Positions 1-9,334 are shown, counted from the first letter of the stretch. The stretch: 64,000 nt of DNA from Pyrinomonadaceae bacterium (GCA_043740295.1 JAYUCO010000025.1:2741-66740), one strand, 5' to 3'. Notes: generated by a model not told the origin, from the sequence alone. Numbers and translations: made by a program.

Positions 1-1
1 G

Positions 2-1699
2 CTATCACCGGCGTCTGGCTCGCTGACTGTGCCGCATAAACAGACACTTTTTGTCGAATCGAGGCTATGGTTTGGCCTGCAAGCTCCAGATCCGGCGGTG
101 CCGATCGCCGACGATTCAGTCACGATTGAATGTCCCGAAACCGGTCAGGAATTCACTTTTACGCTTCGGGGTAATGTGATTGAAAAACCTTCGGTGGCGG
201 TGATGCTTTCGCTCGATCAATCGGGCAGCATGGATGATGATGCAGGCACATCAGGACGTAAACGGATCGATGTGCTAAAGGACTCTGCCGGAGCGTTTGC
301 GGAATTAATTCCGGCAAACGACGGTATAGGGCTCGTTCGTTTCGATCATGACGCTTACAACGTCGATGATGCAACTTGGCCCGGCAAACCTATCACGCGC
401 ATTGTAAGTGATGACGATTTTGACCTAGAACGCATAGCAGCCGTTAACGCTGTGAGTGCTCACGCGACAAATCCGGCCGGATATACTTCGGTTGGCGACG
501 GCGTGGCAAAAGCTCGTACATACCTTAACGATCCTGCGGTCACCGGTTACACAAACAAAGCCATGATCGTATTCACCGATGGTTTGCAAAACAGACCTCA
601 ATCTATCGAAGACGTTACCGGCTCGATCGATAACAGGACTTTTGCGATCGGACTTGGCAATGAGAATCAGGTTGATACGGGCGCTCTTTACGATCTTACA
701 AATGGAACCGGTGGTTTTTTACTGCTGACAGGATTGCTTTCCGACAATATCGACGACTATTTCCGCACAAAGAAGTATTTTCTACAAATACTTTCCGGCG
801 TGACCAATGATAGCGTCGTGCTCGACCCAAACGGCTATATATCACCCGGCAGCACGATTAGGATTCCATTCTACTTAAACGAGACCGACATTCTCTGCTC
901 TACGATGTTGATGTGGGATTACCCGGTGATTGATTTTGCCGTTGAAACCCCTGCGGGTGACATCATTGATATGGCAAGCGCCGCCGGCTTGGGAATAGTC
1001 GCAAAGCTGTCGCCAAGCTCCGGCCTTTATCGGTTTACATTGCCGGTGGCCTTGGGTGGCGGGCAGCAAGCCGGACGTTGGCATGTCGTGTTGAAAATAA
1101 ATGACGGCCGTTATAAGAAATATGCCCGTACGAGCGACGGCCAGAATCAAGGCAATAGCCTTGCATCGAAAGGAGCCCGTTATTGCGTTCAGATAAACAC
1201 TCGAAGCAATCTGAAGATGACGGCACTCGTCGAGCAGAGCGATTTTCTACCGGGTTCTTCTGTACTAGTAAAAGCTAAGCTAACCGAATACGGAATTCCG
1301 GTCGATCATCGTGCCTTGTGCAAGGCATCGGTCGTCAGGCCCGACCTGACTTCATTCGAACTGCCCATGGCCGAAGTGGAACCGGGAGTGTTTCAGGTGA
1401 AATTCAATACGGACCTTCAAGGCGTGTACCGGATTCGAATTATGGCAAAAGGCGTCACACTGCGCGGTAAGCCTTTTACCCGCGAGGAATCGCGCACAGC
1501 GGCGGCATTCCGCAACAAATCTGGTGGCGGATCGGAAAATCCCTCTGAAGGCGGAAATCCGAGCGGAACTGGCGGCACTGATGGCAGATTATCCGAACTC
1601 ATCGCTCGCTGCTGTACTCGATCGACGGCGTTAATGGTGATTGCCGTAATTTTGCTACTGATTATTCTCATTCTGTTGTGGAGGATGATTAGCAATTAG
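2..1699 (+). CDS. von Willebrand factor A (vWA) domain protein with a C-terminal membrane anchor; the 5' end probably lies outside the window
   Basis: The frame is open from nt 2, with no stop upstream of the GTG at 29. MIDAS-type motifs are present: LDQSGSMDD, then GYTSVGDG, then VFTDG. Two beta-rich regions follow. The C-terminus has a hydrophobic helix (ALMVIAVILLLIILILLW) preceded by CC. Confidence 0.75.
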   Translation, partial: LSPASGSLTVPHKQTLFVESRLWFGLQAPDPAVPIADDSVTIECPETGQEFTFTLRGNVIEKPSVAVMLSLDQSGSMDDDAGTSGRKRIDVLKDSAGAFAELIPANDGIGLVRFDHDAYNVDDATWPGKPITRIVSDDDFDLERIAAVNAVSAHATNPAGYTSVGDGVAKARTYLNDPAVTGYTNKAMIVFTDGLQNRPQSIEDVTGSIDNRTFAIGLGNENQVDTGALYDLTNGTGGFLLLTGLLSDNIDDYFRTKKYFLQILSGVTNDSVVLDPNGYISPGSTIRIPFYLNETDILCSTMLMWDYPVIDFAVETPAGDIIDMASAAGLGIVAKLSPSSGLYRFTLPVALGGGQQAGRWHVVLKINDGRYKKYARTSDGQNQGNSLASKGARYCVQINTRSNLKMTALVEQSDFLPGSSVLVKAKLTEYGIPVDHRALCKASVVRPDLTSFELPMAEVEPGVFQVKFNTDLQGVYRIRIMAKGVTLRGKPFTREESRTAAAFRNKSGGGSENPSEGGNPSGTGGTDGRLSELIARCCTRSTALMVIAVILLLIILILLWRMISN

Positions 1700-1926
1700 G
1701 TGTTAAGGTGGCGAAACCCCGGAAATTACTCGGGGTAATTGTCCGGACAGCCAAAGTTCCGTCTCGGCCAGTGGTCGCCGATTTAAGCGCTGACAGTTGG
1801 GTGATTCTAATATGGATTACTTTAAAAGGAGCAAGCCGAAAATCCTGCAACGAAAAAAGAGTAAGCACCCCAAATGCCGAAAAGAGGATGACAGAGTAGG
1901 CAGAAGTATCAAAGGAGATACACAAG

Positions 1927-4104
1927 ATGGAAAAGAAATATGAAAAATTAAGCGTTAAGGATTTAGCCGTAATGACTAATAACAGGCAATTGTTCAAGTT
2001 GCAAAATTTGACAACCGCCATAAGTTTTCCGCAGAACATTACTTACTGGGAGCAAGTAACCTGTGCCGGATATAATCCGCAATTCAGGCGACTGGAAGCA
2101 GTTGTTAAGGTCTATCAAACTACAGGCTACAACGGTAATTTATGTTCAAACGGCTCGCTGGAATACGTGAGGTTTTTTATGGACTTTCACGACGGGTTGG
2201 GATTTCAGGATATGGGTTCTACAACTTTTAAAGTAGCCGATATTTCCAACGCTCCGCCGGGACCGCAGCATCCTTTAAGCTATCTGGCTTACTTGTTTAT
2301 CGATGATACCAAGTACAAGAAGCTTCTCGATTGCGAAAAGGCGGTTATCCCGACACTGCGTGCGGTATTGTCGTGGAACTCTGTTCCTTCACCGGATGCT
2401 AACGTATTGCCGCATTATGGTAATCGGATTGATGCAGACATTCAACTGGCAAGAAAATACAGGGTCTTTCCGTGGGAACTGGCGGAGATTACAAAACTCC
2501 CGGTGCTGACTGACTATCTCCACCCAGATTTTGAACTCGATCTAAAACCGCCGCAGGTATATTCGGCTGAAGCAGTTCAAAAAGCGAACAAAGCTGCCGG
2601 AGTTCCCGACCACCGAACATTCTATTCGGCACTCGGCTCGAAGATAAATTCAACAGTTGATTTTAGCAAGGCTGCTTCAACATTCTCCATAAAAAGTCTT
2701 GATAAACTGGGAATTGACCTTAGTAAATTTTTGGAGTTTTTCAATGGCGAAGGAAAGGAAGCTGATGTTACGTTTGAGGAGCTAACCTGCGTCGGGCTGA
2801 ATACTGCGACAGATAGTTTAGGCGCCGTGATTCACATCAAGAAAGACGCGGGCTTCAATGGTAATTTGTGTTCAAACGGCTCGGCGGAGCATGTCGCTTT
2901 TTGGGCTGATTGGAATAACAATGGTATTTTTGACCAGTATTTGGGAACGGTCAGCCTTAATGTTCACGACATTAAAAACATTCCCGCCGGAGGCTTATAT
3001 TACAATGTTTTACTGCCGTTTGACGTTTCCGAACGTCTAAAGACATGTGATTCGCCGAATATTATCAGGGTCAGAGCGGTGCTTTCGTGGGAATCGCTGC
3101 CTTCGACCACCGACCCAAATCTACTTAACACTTGGGGCAATTTCAAAGATGCTTTGGTTCAGTTAAGACCTGCAAGTAATCCGGGCTCCGGAATTCATAC
3201 CATCATTTCATATGTTGGAAATGTTGACCGGCAGTTCATTCACCCGACCGAACATCTGTATAATTATCAAGCTTTTGCTCCGAATGCGAACAATAACAGA
3301 CCTTGGGGAGGAGGAGTCAACATCAAAGGTATAATTGACCGCAACGCCTTTGCCGGAGTCATAAAATATAGGCTTAGATATAAGTTGGGCGTCTATACCG
3401 TCCCTCCCGCTACTTCCGACACTACTTTTCAACCGGTAGCCGCTTCCGTCACCAATAGTCTTTGGAATCCATTCTTATCGCCGTCCCCATTTTCTAATAC
3501 CCAATTAGCGGATGCTGATGGATGGTTTGTTTATCTAATCGATGCTGGAAACCCCGTCCCTGCAAACCGTGTGTTCAGCAACGACGGTAATGTTTTAGCT
3601 GATTGGAATGCAAGCGGATTAACGGACGGAACATATACAATCCACTTTGAATACACGGATGAACTCGGGAATCCTGTTACAGGCGACCTGTTTTCAATAA
3701 TTATTTGTAACAAAGGAATGGCCATTAGCCCAACTGCCAATGCGACGGTTGATCTGTCAAAGGAGCTTGACCTCGTAATTGACGGAGGAGATTGTCATAG
3801 TTATACACCGGGGGCTCCGATGATTAACGGACATTTAAGGGCGGTTCATCCATATTTTGCGGATTGGTCGCTGGATCTTCAGCCGACTTCGCATACGCAC
3901 GGCGCGCTTCCGTCTCCAGTTTCCAGAAGCTACTCGGCTTTAGGCGATACGGGTGATGCGAATGGAGTTTGGAGTCTGGACACTTCCCTGTTAGACCCTT
4001 GTGGTTACACGGTTAGCATAGGTGCACATACACGAGTGATTTACAATTCGACAAATCTCCCATACTATGCCCCGAAAGCAGTGGGTTTCGCCAAAATTCC
4101 GTGA
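1927..4104 (+). CDS. hypothetical 725-aa protein containing an internally duplicated module of about 130 aa; no family recognised
   Basis: AAAGGAG lies 8 nt upstream of the ATG and there is no signal peptide. Residues ~45-175 and ~287-415 align: G[YF]NGNLCSNGS.E.V.F, then RAVLSW.S.PS, then GN..DA..QL. A hairpin terminator follows the gene. Confidence 0.7.
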   Translation: MEKKYEKLSVKDLAVMTNNRQLFKLQNLTTAISFPQNITYWEQVTCAGYNPQFRRLEAVVKVYQTTGYNGNLCSNGSLEYVRFFMDFHDGLGFQDMGSTTFKVADISNAPPGPQHPLSYLAYLFIDDTKYKKLLDCEKAVIPTLRAVLSWNSVPSPDANVLPHYGNRIDADIQLARKYRVFPWELAEITKLPVLTDYLHPDFELDLKPPQVYSAEAVQKANKAAGVPDHRTFYSALGSKINSTVDFSKAASTFSIKSLDKLGIDLSKFLEFFNGEGKEADVTFEELTCVGLNTATDSLGAVIHIKKDAGFNGNLCSNGSAEHVAFWADWNNNGIFDQYLGTVSLNVHDIKNIPAGGLYYNVLLPFDVSERLKTCDSPNIIRVRAVLSWESLPSTTDPNLLNTWGNFKDALVQLRPASNPGSGIHTIISYVGNVDRQFIHPTEHLYNYQAFAPNANNNRPWGGGVNIKGIIDRNAFAGVIKYRLRYKLGVYTVPPATSDTTFQPVAASVTNSLWNPFLSPSPFSNTQLADADGWFVYLIDAGNPVPANRVFSNDGNVLADWNASGLTDGTYTIHFEYTDELGNPVTGDLFSIIICNKGMAISPTANATVDLSKELDLVIDGGDCHSYTPGAPMINGHLRAVHPYFADWSLDLQPTSHTHGALPSPVSRSYSALGDTGDANGVWSLDTSLLDPCGYTVSIGAHTRVIYNSTNLPYYAPKAVGFAKIP

Positions 4105-4115
4105 AAATTACTGAA

Positions 4116-4154
4116 GCAATTGCCCGTCTTTTTTTAGGGCGGGCAATTGCTTTT
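4116..4154 (+). terminator. rho-independent terminator after the 725-aa gene
   Basis: An 11-bp stem (gcaattgcccg / cgggcaattgc) is followed by TTTT. Confidence 0.6.
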
Positions 4155-4205
4155 CACGGAAATTTCCGTGCTGACGAAATGCACACAAGAACAGGAAATA
4201 AATTT

Positions 4206-4235
4206 TTGACCGGACGTAAATTAAACAAATATCAT
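4206..4235 (+). promoter_or_regulatory. possible sigma-70 promoter for the 2-TM / C1 peptidase pair
   Basis: The sequence reads TTGACC, an 18-nt spacer, then TATCAT, about 105 nt upstream of the ATG at 4340. This is a pattern match only. Confidence 0.3.
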
Positions 4236-4339
4236 TGCTACGGCTAGAAAAAATCAGGCAAATCTTTTGAACGTCAGCACGCTGGCTACAGCTATGTGTA
4301 GATTTAGGCTAAAACAATAAGAAGAAGGAGGAGAAAATT

Positions 4340-4633
4340 ATGCCAGACGGAAAAAAACCAGTAACTGCGATCCAGGTGTTCGCTTTTGTGATCGTGTTGT
4401 TGACGATAGGCGGAATAGTATGGGCGGTTGGATACGGCGGCGATTTTCTTAAAGAAGCTGCAAGAGTTAATGGCCTGATCAGATTCTCGGCAGCAATCGT
4501 GGTCATTGCGATTACCTTTATCGTCGTGTTTTATTTTGTATCCGGCACCGGCAACACTGAGGAAAATACTACAGCAAGACGTGACTTAATGGCGATCCTG
4601 TCAAAGATAACGCCGGTAAACACTTTGAAATGA
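4340..4633 (+). CDS. small membrane protein with two predicted TM helices
   Basis: A strong SD (AAGGAGG) precedes the ATG. Hydrophobic segments are VFAFVIVLLTIGGIVWAV and AAIVVIAITFIVVFYFV. The gene ends 25 nt upstream of the peptidase gene. Confidence 0.6.
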   Translation: MPDGKKPVTAIQVFAFVIVLLTIGGIVWAVGYGGDFLKEAARVNGLIRFSAAIVVIAITFIVVFYFVSGTGNTEENTTARRDLMAILSKITPVNTLK

Positions 4634-4658
4634 AGAAGATAGACGAAGGAGAAAAAAA

Positions 4659-5465
4659 ATGGCAAGCACAAAAAAAATAGAAAGAATTCTCAATGTGATT
4701 CCGTCACAAGGTACGGAACAGGATTGGAGCATGGATAATGCTCTTGCTTCGGGGATGATGGCGGCTCCGGCGGCTTTGCCTGCAAGCAAGGATTTGCGGG
4801 AGGCCTGGTGGAAGGTCGGCGACCAGGGATCGACCGGGTCGTGTGTCGGATGGGGAGCGGCTGAGGGCGTCTTGCGCTGGCATTTTGTCAAGGCAAACAG
4901 AATTCCAAAAGATGCAAATTTATCGCCGAGCTTATCTCCGAGATTCGTTTGGATGGCAGCCAAGGAAACCGATGAATTTTTGTCCCGCCCGACAACTTTT
5001 ATCGAATCCGACGGCACGAGCCTGAAATCGGCTTTGGACATCGCCCGAAAATTCGGCGTGGTTAGCGATAAGATTCTGCCTTTTGGTTCGGGAACGCTTT
5101 ATCAGGGTGATGTAAATACGTTTTACGCCATTGCATCGCAACTCAAAATCTCCGCCTATATCAATTTGTTCAAGAACTTTATCCAATGGCGGACATGGCT
5201 GGCAACAACCGGACCTATTCTCGCGGCGTTGAATGTTGATAAGACCTGGAGCGACGCGGCTCTGACCGGCGGCAACCTGGATGTGTTTCAGCCCAGTACG
5301 GTACGCGGCGGACACTGCATTGCCATCGTCGGCTACAAGGCTGACGGACGGTTTATTGTTCGCAATAGTTGGGGAACGACCTGGGGTGACAAAGGGTTTG
5401 GATATGCGACCGATGCCTATATCCAGGACGCTTTTTTCGACGAAGCATATGGAGTCAACCTATAA
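4659..5465 (+). CDS. papain-like (C1 family) cysteine peptidase with no recognisable signal peptide
   Basis: The catalytic triad motifs are present: QGSTGSCVGWG (Cys), GGHCIAIVGY (His) and VRNSWGTTWGDKGFGY (Asn). An AAGGAG SD precedes the start. Confidence 0.8.
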   Translation: MASTKKIERILNVIPSQGTEQDWSMDNALASGMMAAPAALPASKDLREAWWKVGDQGSTGSCVGWGAAEGVLRWHFVKANRIPKDANLSPSLSPRFVWMAAKETDEFLSRPTTFIESDGTSLKSALDIARKFGVVSDKILPFGSGTLYQGDVNTFYAIASQLKISAYINLFKNFIQWRTWLATTGPILAALNVDKTWSDAALTGGNLDVFQPSTVRGGHCIAIVGYKADGRFIVRNSWGTTWGDKGFGYATDAYIQDAFFDEAYGVNL

Positions 5466-5592
5466 ACATCAACCCGTTATTTGATTTCCAGTAACGGCAG
5501 AACCATGAATATGGCGGCGAGCATAAGAACCGCTCATCAGCCAATGGAGAGCACGAGATAAAGGTCGGGTAGGACTTTAGGAGAAAAATAAC

Positions 5593-6267
5593 ATGAGCGA
5601 CACATCAAATACGCCGTTGGGTTACACCGCAGCCGAAGCAAATCCAATTGTAAACCTTAATTCTACCGGCACTGATAAAGTAGGTGTATTTACATCTGCT
5701 CAGTCGCTTGTAACATTTCCCGGAGCGACCTTTGCCGTTTCGTTGATCTGGTCGGTACTTGAAAAAGTATACCCTCCGTTCGGCACAAAAAATCTGCTGG
5801 TGCCGTTGGTATTATCTGTCGCAATCGGCTCACTAATCTATCTGAGTAGCGTCCAACAAGGCGGTGGTGTTAGAGGACACATTATGGGCGGTTTTGTTGC
5901 TCTGGTCAATTCTTTCATCATTGCCGCAGCAGTTCTCGGCGTGAGTGGGACGCAAGGTAAACCTGTGGCAAATGACCCGGTCATCGCGAATACGGTCCAA
6001 AACCCGGTGCCAGCTAGTAAAGATGACTTGCTCAAACAGGCGGAAGATGCGGCCGCGAGCGAAAATTACGCGCTTGCGATCGAGAAATACAATAGTTTGA
6101 TCAAACTGGAATCGGAAAATTCCTGGCACTATAAAGATCGTGGAAATGCTTTCCAACATTTAAGGACTCCTAATTTTGAGGCAGCCGTGGCTGATTATAA
6201 TACGGCTCTCGGGTTAATTCCGAGGTTTGACGATGCAAGCCTAAATCAGATGATGCCAAAACACTAG
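5593..6267 (+). CDS. membrane protein (about 3 TM helices) with C-terminal TPR repeats; apparently interrupted by a frameshift
   Basis: A TAGGAG SD precedes the start. Hydrophobic helices occupy residues ~45-120. TPR-like helices follow (YALAIEKYNSLIKL, AAVADYNTALGL). The ORF ends abruptly inside a TPR unit. Confidence 0.6.
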   Translation: MSDTSNTPLGYTAAEANPIVNLNSTGTDKVGVFTSAQSLVTFPGATFAVSLIWSVLEKVYPPFGTKNLLVPLVLSVAIGSLIYLSSVQQGGGVRGHIMGGFVALVNSFIIAAAVLGVSGTQGKPVANDPVIANTVQNPVPASKDDLLKQAEDAAASENYALAIEKYNSLIKLESENSWHYKDRGNAFQHLRTPNFEAAVADYNTALGLIPRFDDASLNQMMPKH

Positions 6268-6419
6268 AACAAGTTCGGGAGTTGTATTCTGATCGCGCCT
6301 CGGCATTCTTAGGGCTTTCAAGACGGAGCGAGGCCAAGGATGATTTTGAACGAGTGTGCGTGGTCGATGCAAATTCAGAACTATGTAAGGCCGCCCGAAA
6401 AGAACTCAAACAGTTTTAG
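6231..6419 (+). pseudogene. out-of-frame continuation of the TM-TPR gene (final TPR unit in frame 3)
   Basis: Frame 3 is open from 6231 and reads ...DDAKTLEQVRELYSDRASAFLGLSRRSEAKDDFERVCVVDANSELCKAARKELKQF*. That is a good TPR unit, and it has no start codon of its own. Confidence 0.55.
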
Positions 6420-6546
6420 CCGCGTTCTCGCTCCGGCTCCGGGACAAAATCCGCCGCCGCTTCCACATGCATAATTTGGAGAAGTTCGAAAAGGGCATTT
6501 TTTAAGGTTTTATGTTAAGTATTAAAAGTAAAACCGACGTAACTAT

Positions 6547-8046
6547 ATGAAAAAGAATCCACCGAAAACTGCTGCACAAAAAGAGAAACTGACGACACCT
6601 AAAACTGACGGGAAAAAAGTCAGTAAAGCCACGCTGAAGGCTGAGCAAAAGGCTTTCGTAAAAGCATGGGCAAAAAGACAGAAGTCGAGCCTTGCCTTCG
6701 CGGCGGCCGCAGGCATTGATCAGACCGTGGAAAACCTCTCAAAGATAGATCACATCGTGGTTTTGATGCTCGAAAATCGCTCATTCGATCACATGCTCGG
6801 TTATTTGAGCCTGGAAGGCATCCGCACCGATATCGATGGCTTGCAGAATACTATGTCGAACAAGGATTCGAATAATAACGCCATTCCGGTCTTTCACTTA
6901 AAACAAACGGCATTCACAGGCGGCGAAGACCCATGCCACGAATTTGACTGCGTGGACGAGCAGTTAACTGGCCCGAACGCCGGATTTGTTAAGAATTTTG
7001 AAAAACACCACCCGTCGAATAAGGGTCTGGTCATGGGCTACTATAACGCCACTGAAGTACCTGTTTTCGACCACCTGGCAAAGCATTTTGTTACATTCAA
7101 CCGTTGGTTTTCTTCTGTTCCGGCAGCTACGTGGCCGAATCGGCTCTATTCGATCACCGGCCGAGCTTCAGAGAAGAAAAGCAAGAAAGTTCCGATCTAT
7201 AATATTCCCTCGTTTGTCAGACACCTCGACGCAAATGATGTCTCATGGGGCTGGTTTAACCATAAAGGCGTAGGCACGCTTCGATTAGTCGATGGCCATT
7301 ATCGCATCGGTCACTTCGACAAATTTGCATATTTTGATAAACGTAAAAGCTTTACGTCCGGTCTTTTTGGCGATCTCAGTTTTATCGAACGGGCACAGCA
7401 GGGTTCTCTGCCTTCGGTTTCATGGATCGATCCCAATTTTATCAACGCGCCGGGTGGAAACGTTTCGACATCGAACGACGACCATCCTCCGTCAGATATA
7501 TTAAATGGCCAGTCACTCGTCCTTCAGCTTTACCGGGCTATTACAACCGGACCAAAGTGGGACAAAACACTGCTGATTGTTGCATATGATGAGCATGGCG
7601 GATTATTCGATCACGTCGAGCCGACGGCAGCGGAAGATGATAATCCGAATTTTATGAAATACGGCGTTCGCGTTCCGGCGTTTATCGTCTCTCCTTATGT
7701 CGAAGCCGGAGTCGTTAGTGATTTTGTTTTCGACCATACGTCGATAATCAAAACAATTTTGCTGCGGTTTTGTTTGGACGGCGTGATGTACCCGAATATG
7801 GGCAAACGTGTCAGCGCGGCAAACCATCTCGGTTCGTTCCTCACGAGTGACACACCGCGACAGCCTCCTTCGAGTTCAGGTGTTATTAATGCAGTTGCGT
7901 CGTGGAAAAAGGAAATCTTCAAGGACTCGCTAAGCCTCGGGGCTAGTTCTTTTTCGCCCCCACCGGAACCCAACGACCTGCATAAAGGGATTCTCGCGGC
8001 GAGCAAGAAAATTAAAGCTCAAGGCTTTCCAGAGGACCAGCCGTAA
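6547..8046 (+). CDS. phosphoesterase-family protein (phospholipase C / acid phosphatase AcpA type)
   Basis: Family motifs are present: VVLMLENRSFDHMLGY, AATWPNRLYS (Thr nucleophile context), NDDHPPSD and AYDEHGGLFDHV. The N-terminal 45 aa are Lys-rich, and no twin-arginine motif is present. Confidence 0.8.
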   Translation: MKKNPPKTAAQKEKLTTPKTDGKKVSKATLKAEQKAFVKAWAKRQKSSLAFAAAAGIDQTVENLSKIDHIVVLMLENRSFDHMLGYLSLEGIRTDIDGLQNTMSNKDSNNNAIPVFHLKQTAFTGGEDPCHEFDCVDEQLTGPNAGFVKNFEKHHPSNKGLVMGYYNATEVPVFDHLAKHFVTFNRWFSSVPAATWPNRLYSITGRASEKKSKKVPIYNIPSFVRHLDANDVSWGWFNHKGVGTLRLVDGHYRIGHFDKFAYFDKRKSFTSGLFGDLSFIERAQQGSLPSVSWIDPNFINAPGGNVSTSNDDHPPSDILNGQSLVLQLYRAITTGPKWDKTLLIVAYDEHGGLFDHVEPTAAEDDNPNFMKYGVRVPAFIVSPYVEAGVVSDFVFDHTSIIKTILLRFCLDGVMYPNMGKRVSAANHLGSFLTSDTPRQPPSSSGVINAVASWKKEIFKDSLSLGASSFSPPPEPNDLHKGILAASKKIKAQGFPEDQP

Positions 8047-8087
8047 AGATTACAACTTCAGTTTTTAAATAACATAAGGAGGAAAAA

Positions 8088-9305
8088 ATGTCAGAACAAA
8101 TAACTCAGGATATGAAAGCAATGGGAGTGGCTCAGGTTTTAGTGTTTATGAAACCGGATGCAGATTCGACGAAGACAGCCGTCATGGCAAACATCGGTGA
8201 CCATTTTACAAAATCAGAATTTAGCATTTCGAGCGCCGTCGCCGCGTCGACTGACGGCATTTCAAGCGCAAGTGTGCCAAAAATGCGCTATTATCCAAAT
8301 CTCGGTGTTGCCCTTGGTACTGTCGACCGAGACGGATTGTCGGCACTGCGGGCCGACAAAACAAATGTTGATAAAGTATGCGGAACGCCGCCGTTGGGAT
8401 TGATAAGGCCCAGAGAGACGAACGCGGCAGAATTAGAAGACAGCGAAACATGGGGCATCCGGGAGCTTGGCGTAAAAGATCTCTGGGATCAGGGACTTAC
8501 CGGCCAAGGCGTTTTGATTGGACACCTCGATACGGGTGTTGACGGTGATCATGCGGCATTTAAGAAAAATGCGATATTCGATTTTACAGAGTTTGACGGT
8601 ATCGGGAAGGAAGTTACACCAAAGCCCAAAGCATACGACAGTGGCGAACATGGAACACATACCGCCGCAACCATTCTCGGACGAGCAGTAAGCGGCAAAT
8701 CCGTCGGCGTAGCTCCAGACGCACAACTCGCAAGCGCTATGGTTATCGAGGGCGGCAATTCCGTACCACGTGTCATTGGCGGAATGGATTGGGCGGTTGG
8801 CAAGGGGGTAAGGATTTTAAGCATGTCGCTTGGGTTCCCAGGATGGTGGACCGATTTTCTCGGCCTGACTAGAATTCTTCGTGCGAAAGGTATTCTTCCA
8901 GTCTTTGCGATCGGTAACGAGTATGCAGGGAAAAGCCGTTCGCCAGGAAATTATTGGCAGGCTGTCTCTGTCGGGTCATGCAATGAGCAACTGGAAGTAT
9001 CAGATTTTTCGTCAAGCCAGCTTTTTAAGCGTAAGACGGACCCTGTCGTTCCCGATCTCGTAGGTCCGGGTGAAGGTATCATCTCCGCAAAACCAGGCGG
9101 TGATTATCAGTCAATGAACGGAACATCCATGGCGACGCCACATATTGCCGGTTTGGCAGCCTTATTATGGCAGGCAAAGCCAAACGCGACCGCAAATCAA
9201 ATTGAAAAGGCAATATACGGTTCCTGCGTTCTTCCGCCCACGATGTCTAGAATGAGGGCTAATAGAGGTCTGCCGAACGGGCCAAGGGCACTGGCATTGT
9301 TATAA
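8088..9305 (+). CDS. S8 family subtilisin-like serine peptidase with an N-terminal prodomain-like region and no signal peptide
   Basis: The Asp/His/Ser motifs are present: GHLDTGVD, GEHGTHTAATI and NGTSMATPHIAGL. A strong SD (AAGGAGG) precedes the start. Confidence 0.85.
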   Translation: MSEQITQDMKAMGVAQVLVFMKPDADSTKTAVMANIGDHFTKSEFSISSAVAASTDGISSASVPKMRYYPNLGVALGTVDRDGLSALRADKTNVDKVCGTPPLGLIRPRETNAAELEDSETWGIRELGVKDLWDQGLTGQGVLIGHLDTGVDGDHAAFKKNAIFDFTEFDGIGKEVTPKPKAYDSGEHGTHTAATILGRAVSGKSVGVAPDAQLASAMVIEGGNSVPRVIGGMDWAVGKGVRILSMSLGFPGWWTDFLGLTRILRAKGILPVFAIGNEYAGKSRSPGNYWQAVSVGSCNEQLEVSDFSSSQLFKRKTDPVVPDLVGPGEGIISAKPGGDYQSMNGTSMATPHIAGLAALLWQAKPNATANQIEKAIYGSCVLPPTMSRMRANRGLPNGPRALALL

Positions 9306-9334
9306 AAATCCGCGTTTGGTATGCTAGGGATATT

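Noticed and set aside
1708-1899. A 63-aa ORF lies in the intergenic region between the vWA gene and the 725-aa gene.
   Set aside because: It has a non-ATG start, no SD and no recognisable features. It is probably non-coding leader or promoter DNA.
4167-4281. A perfect 10-bp inverted repeat (CGTGCTGACG / CGTCAGCACG), 95 nt apart, brackets the putative promoter of the 2-TM/C1 operon.
   Set aside because: By my rough estimate, about six such 10-bp inverted pairs within 100 nt are expected by chance in 64 kb. There is no supporting context.
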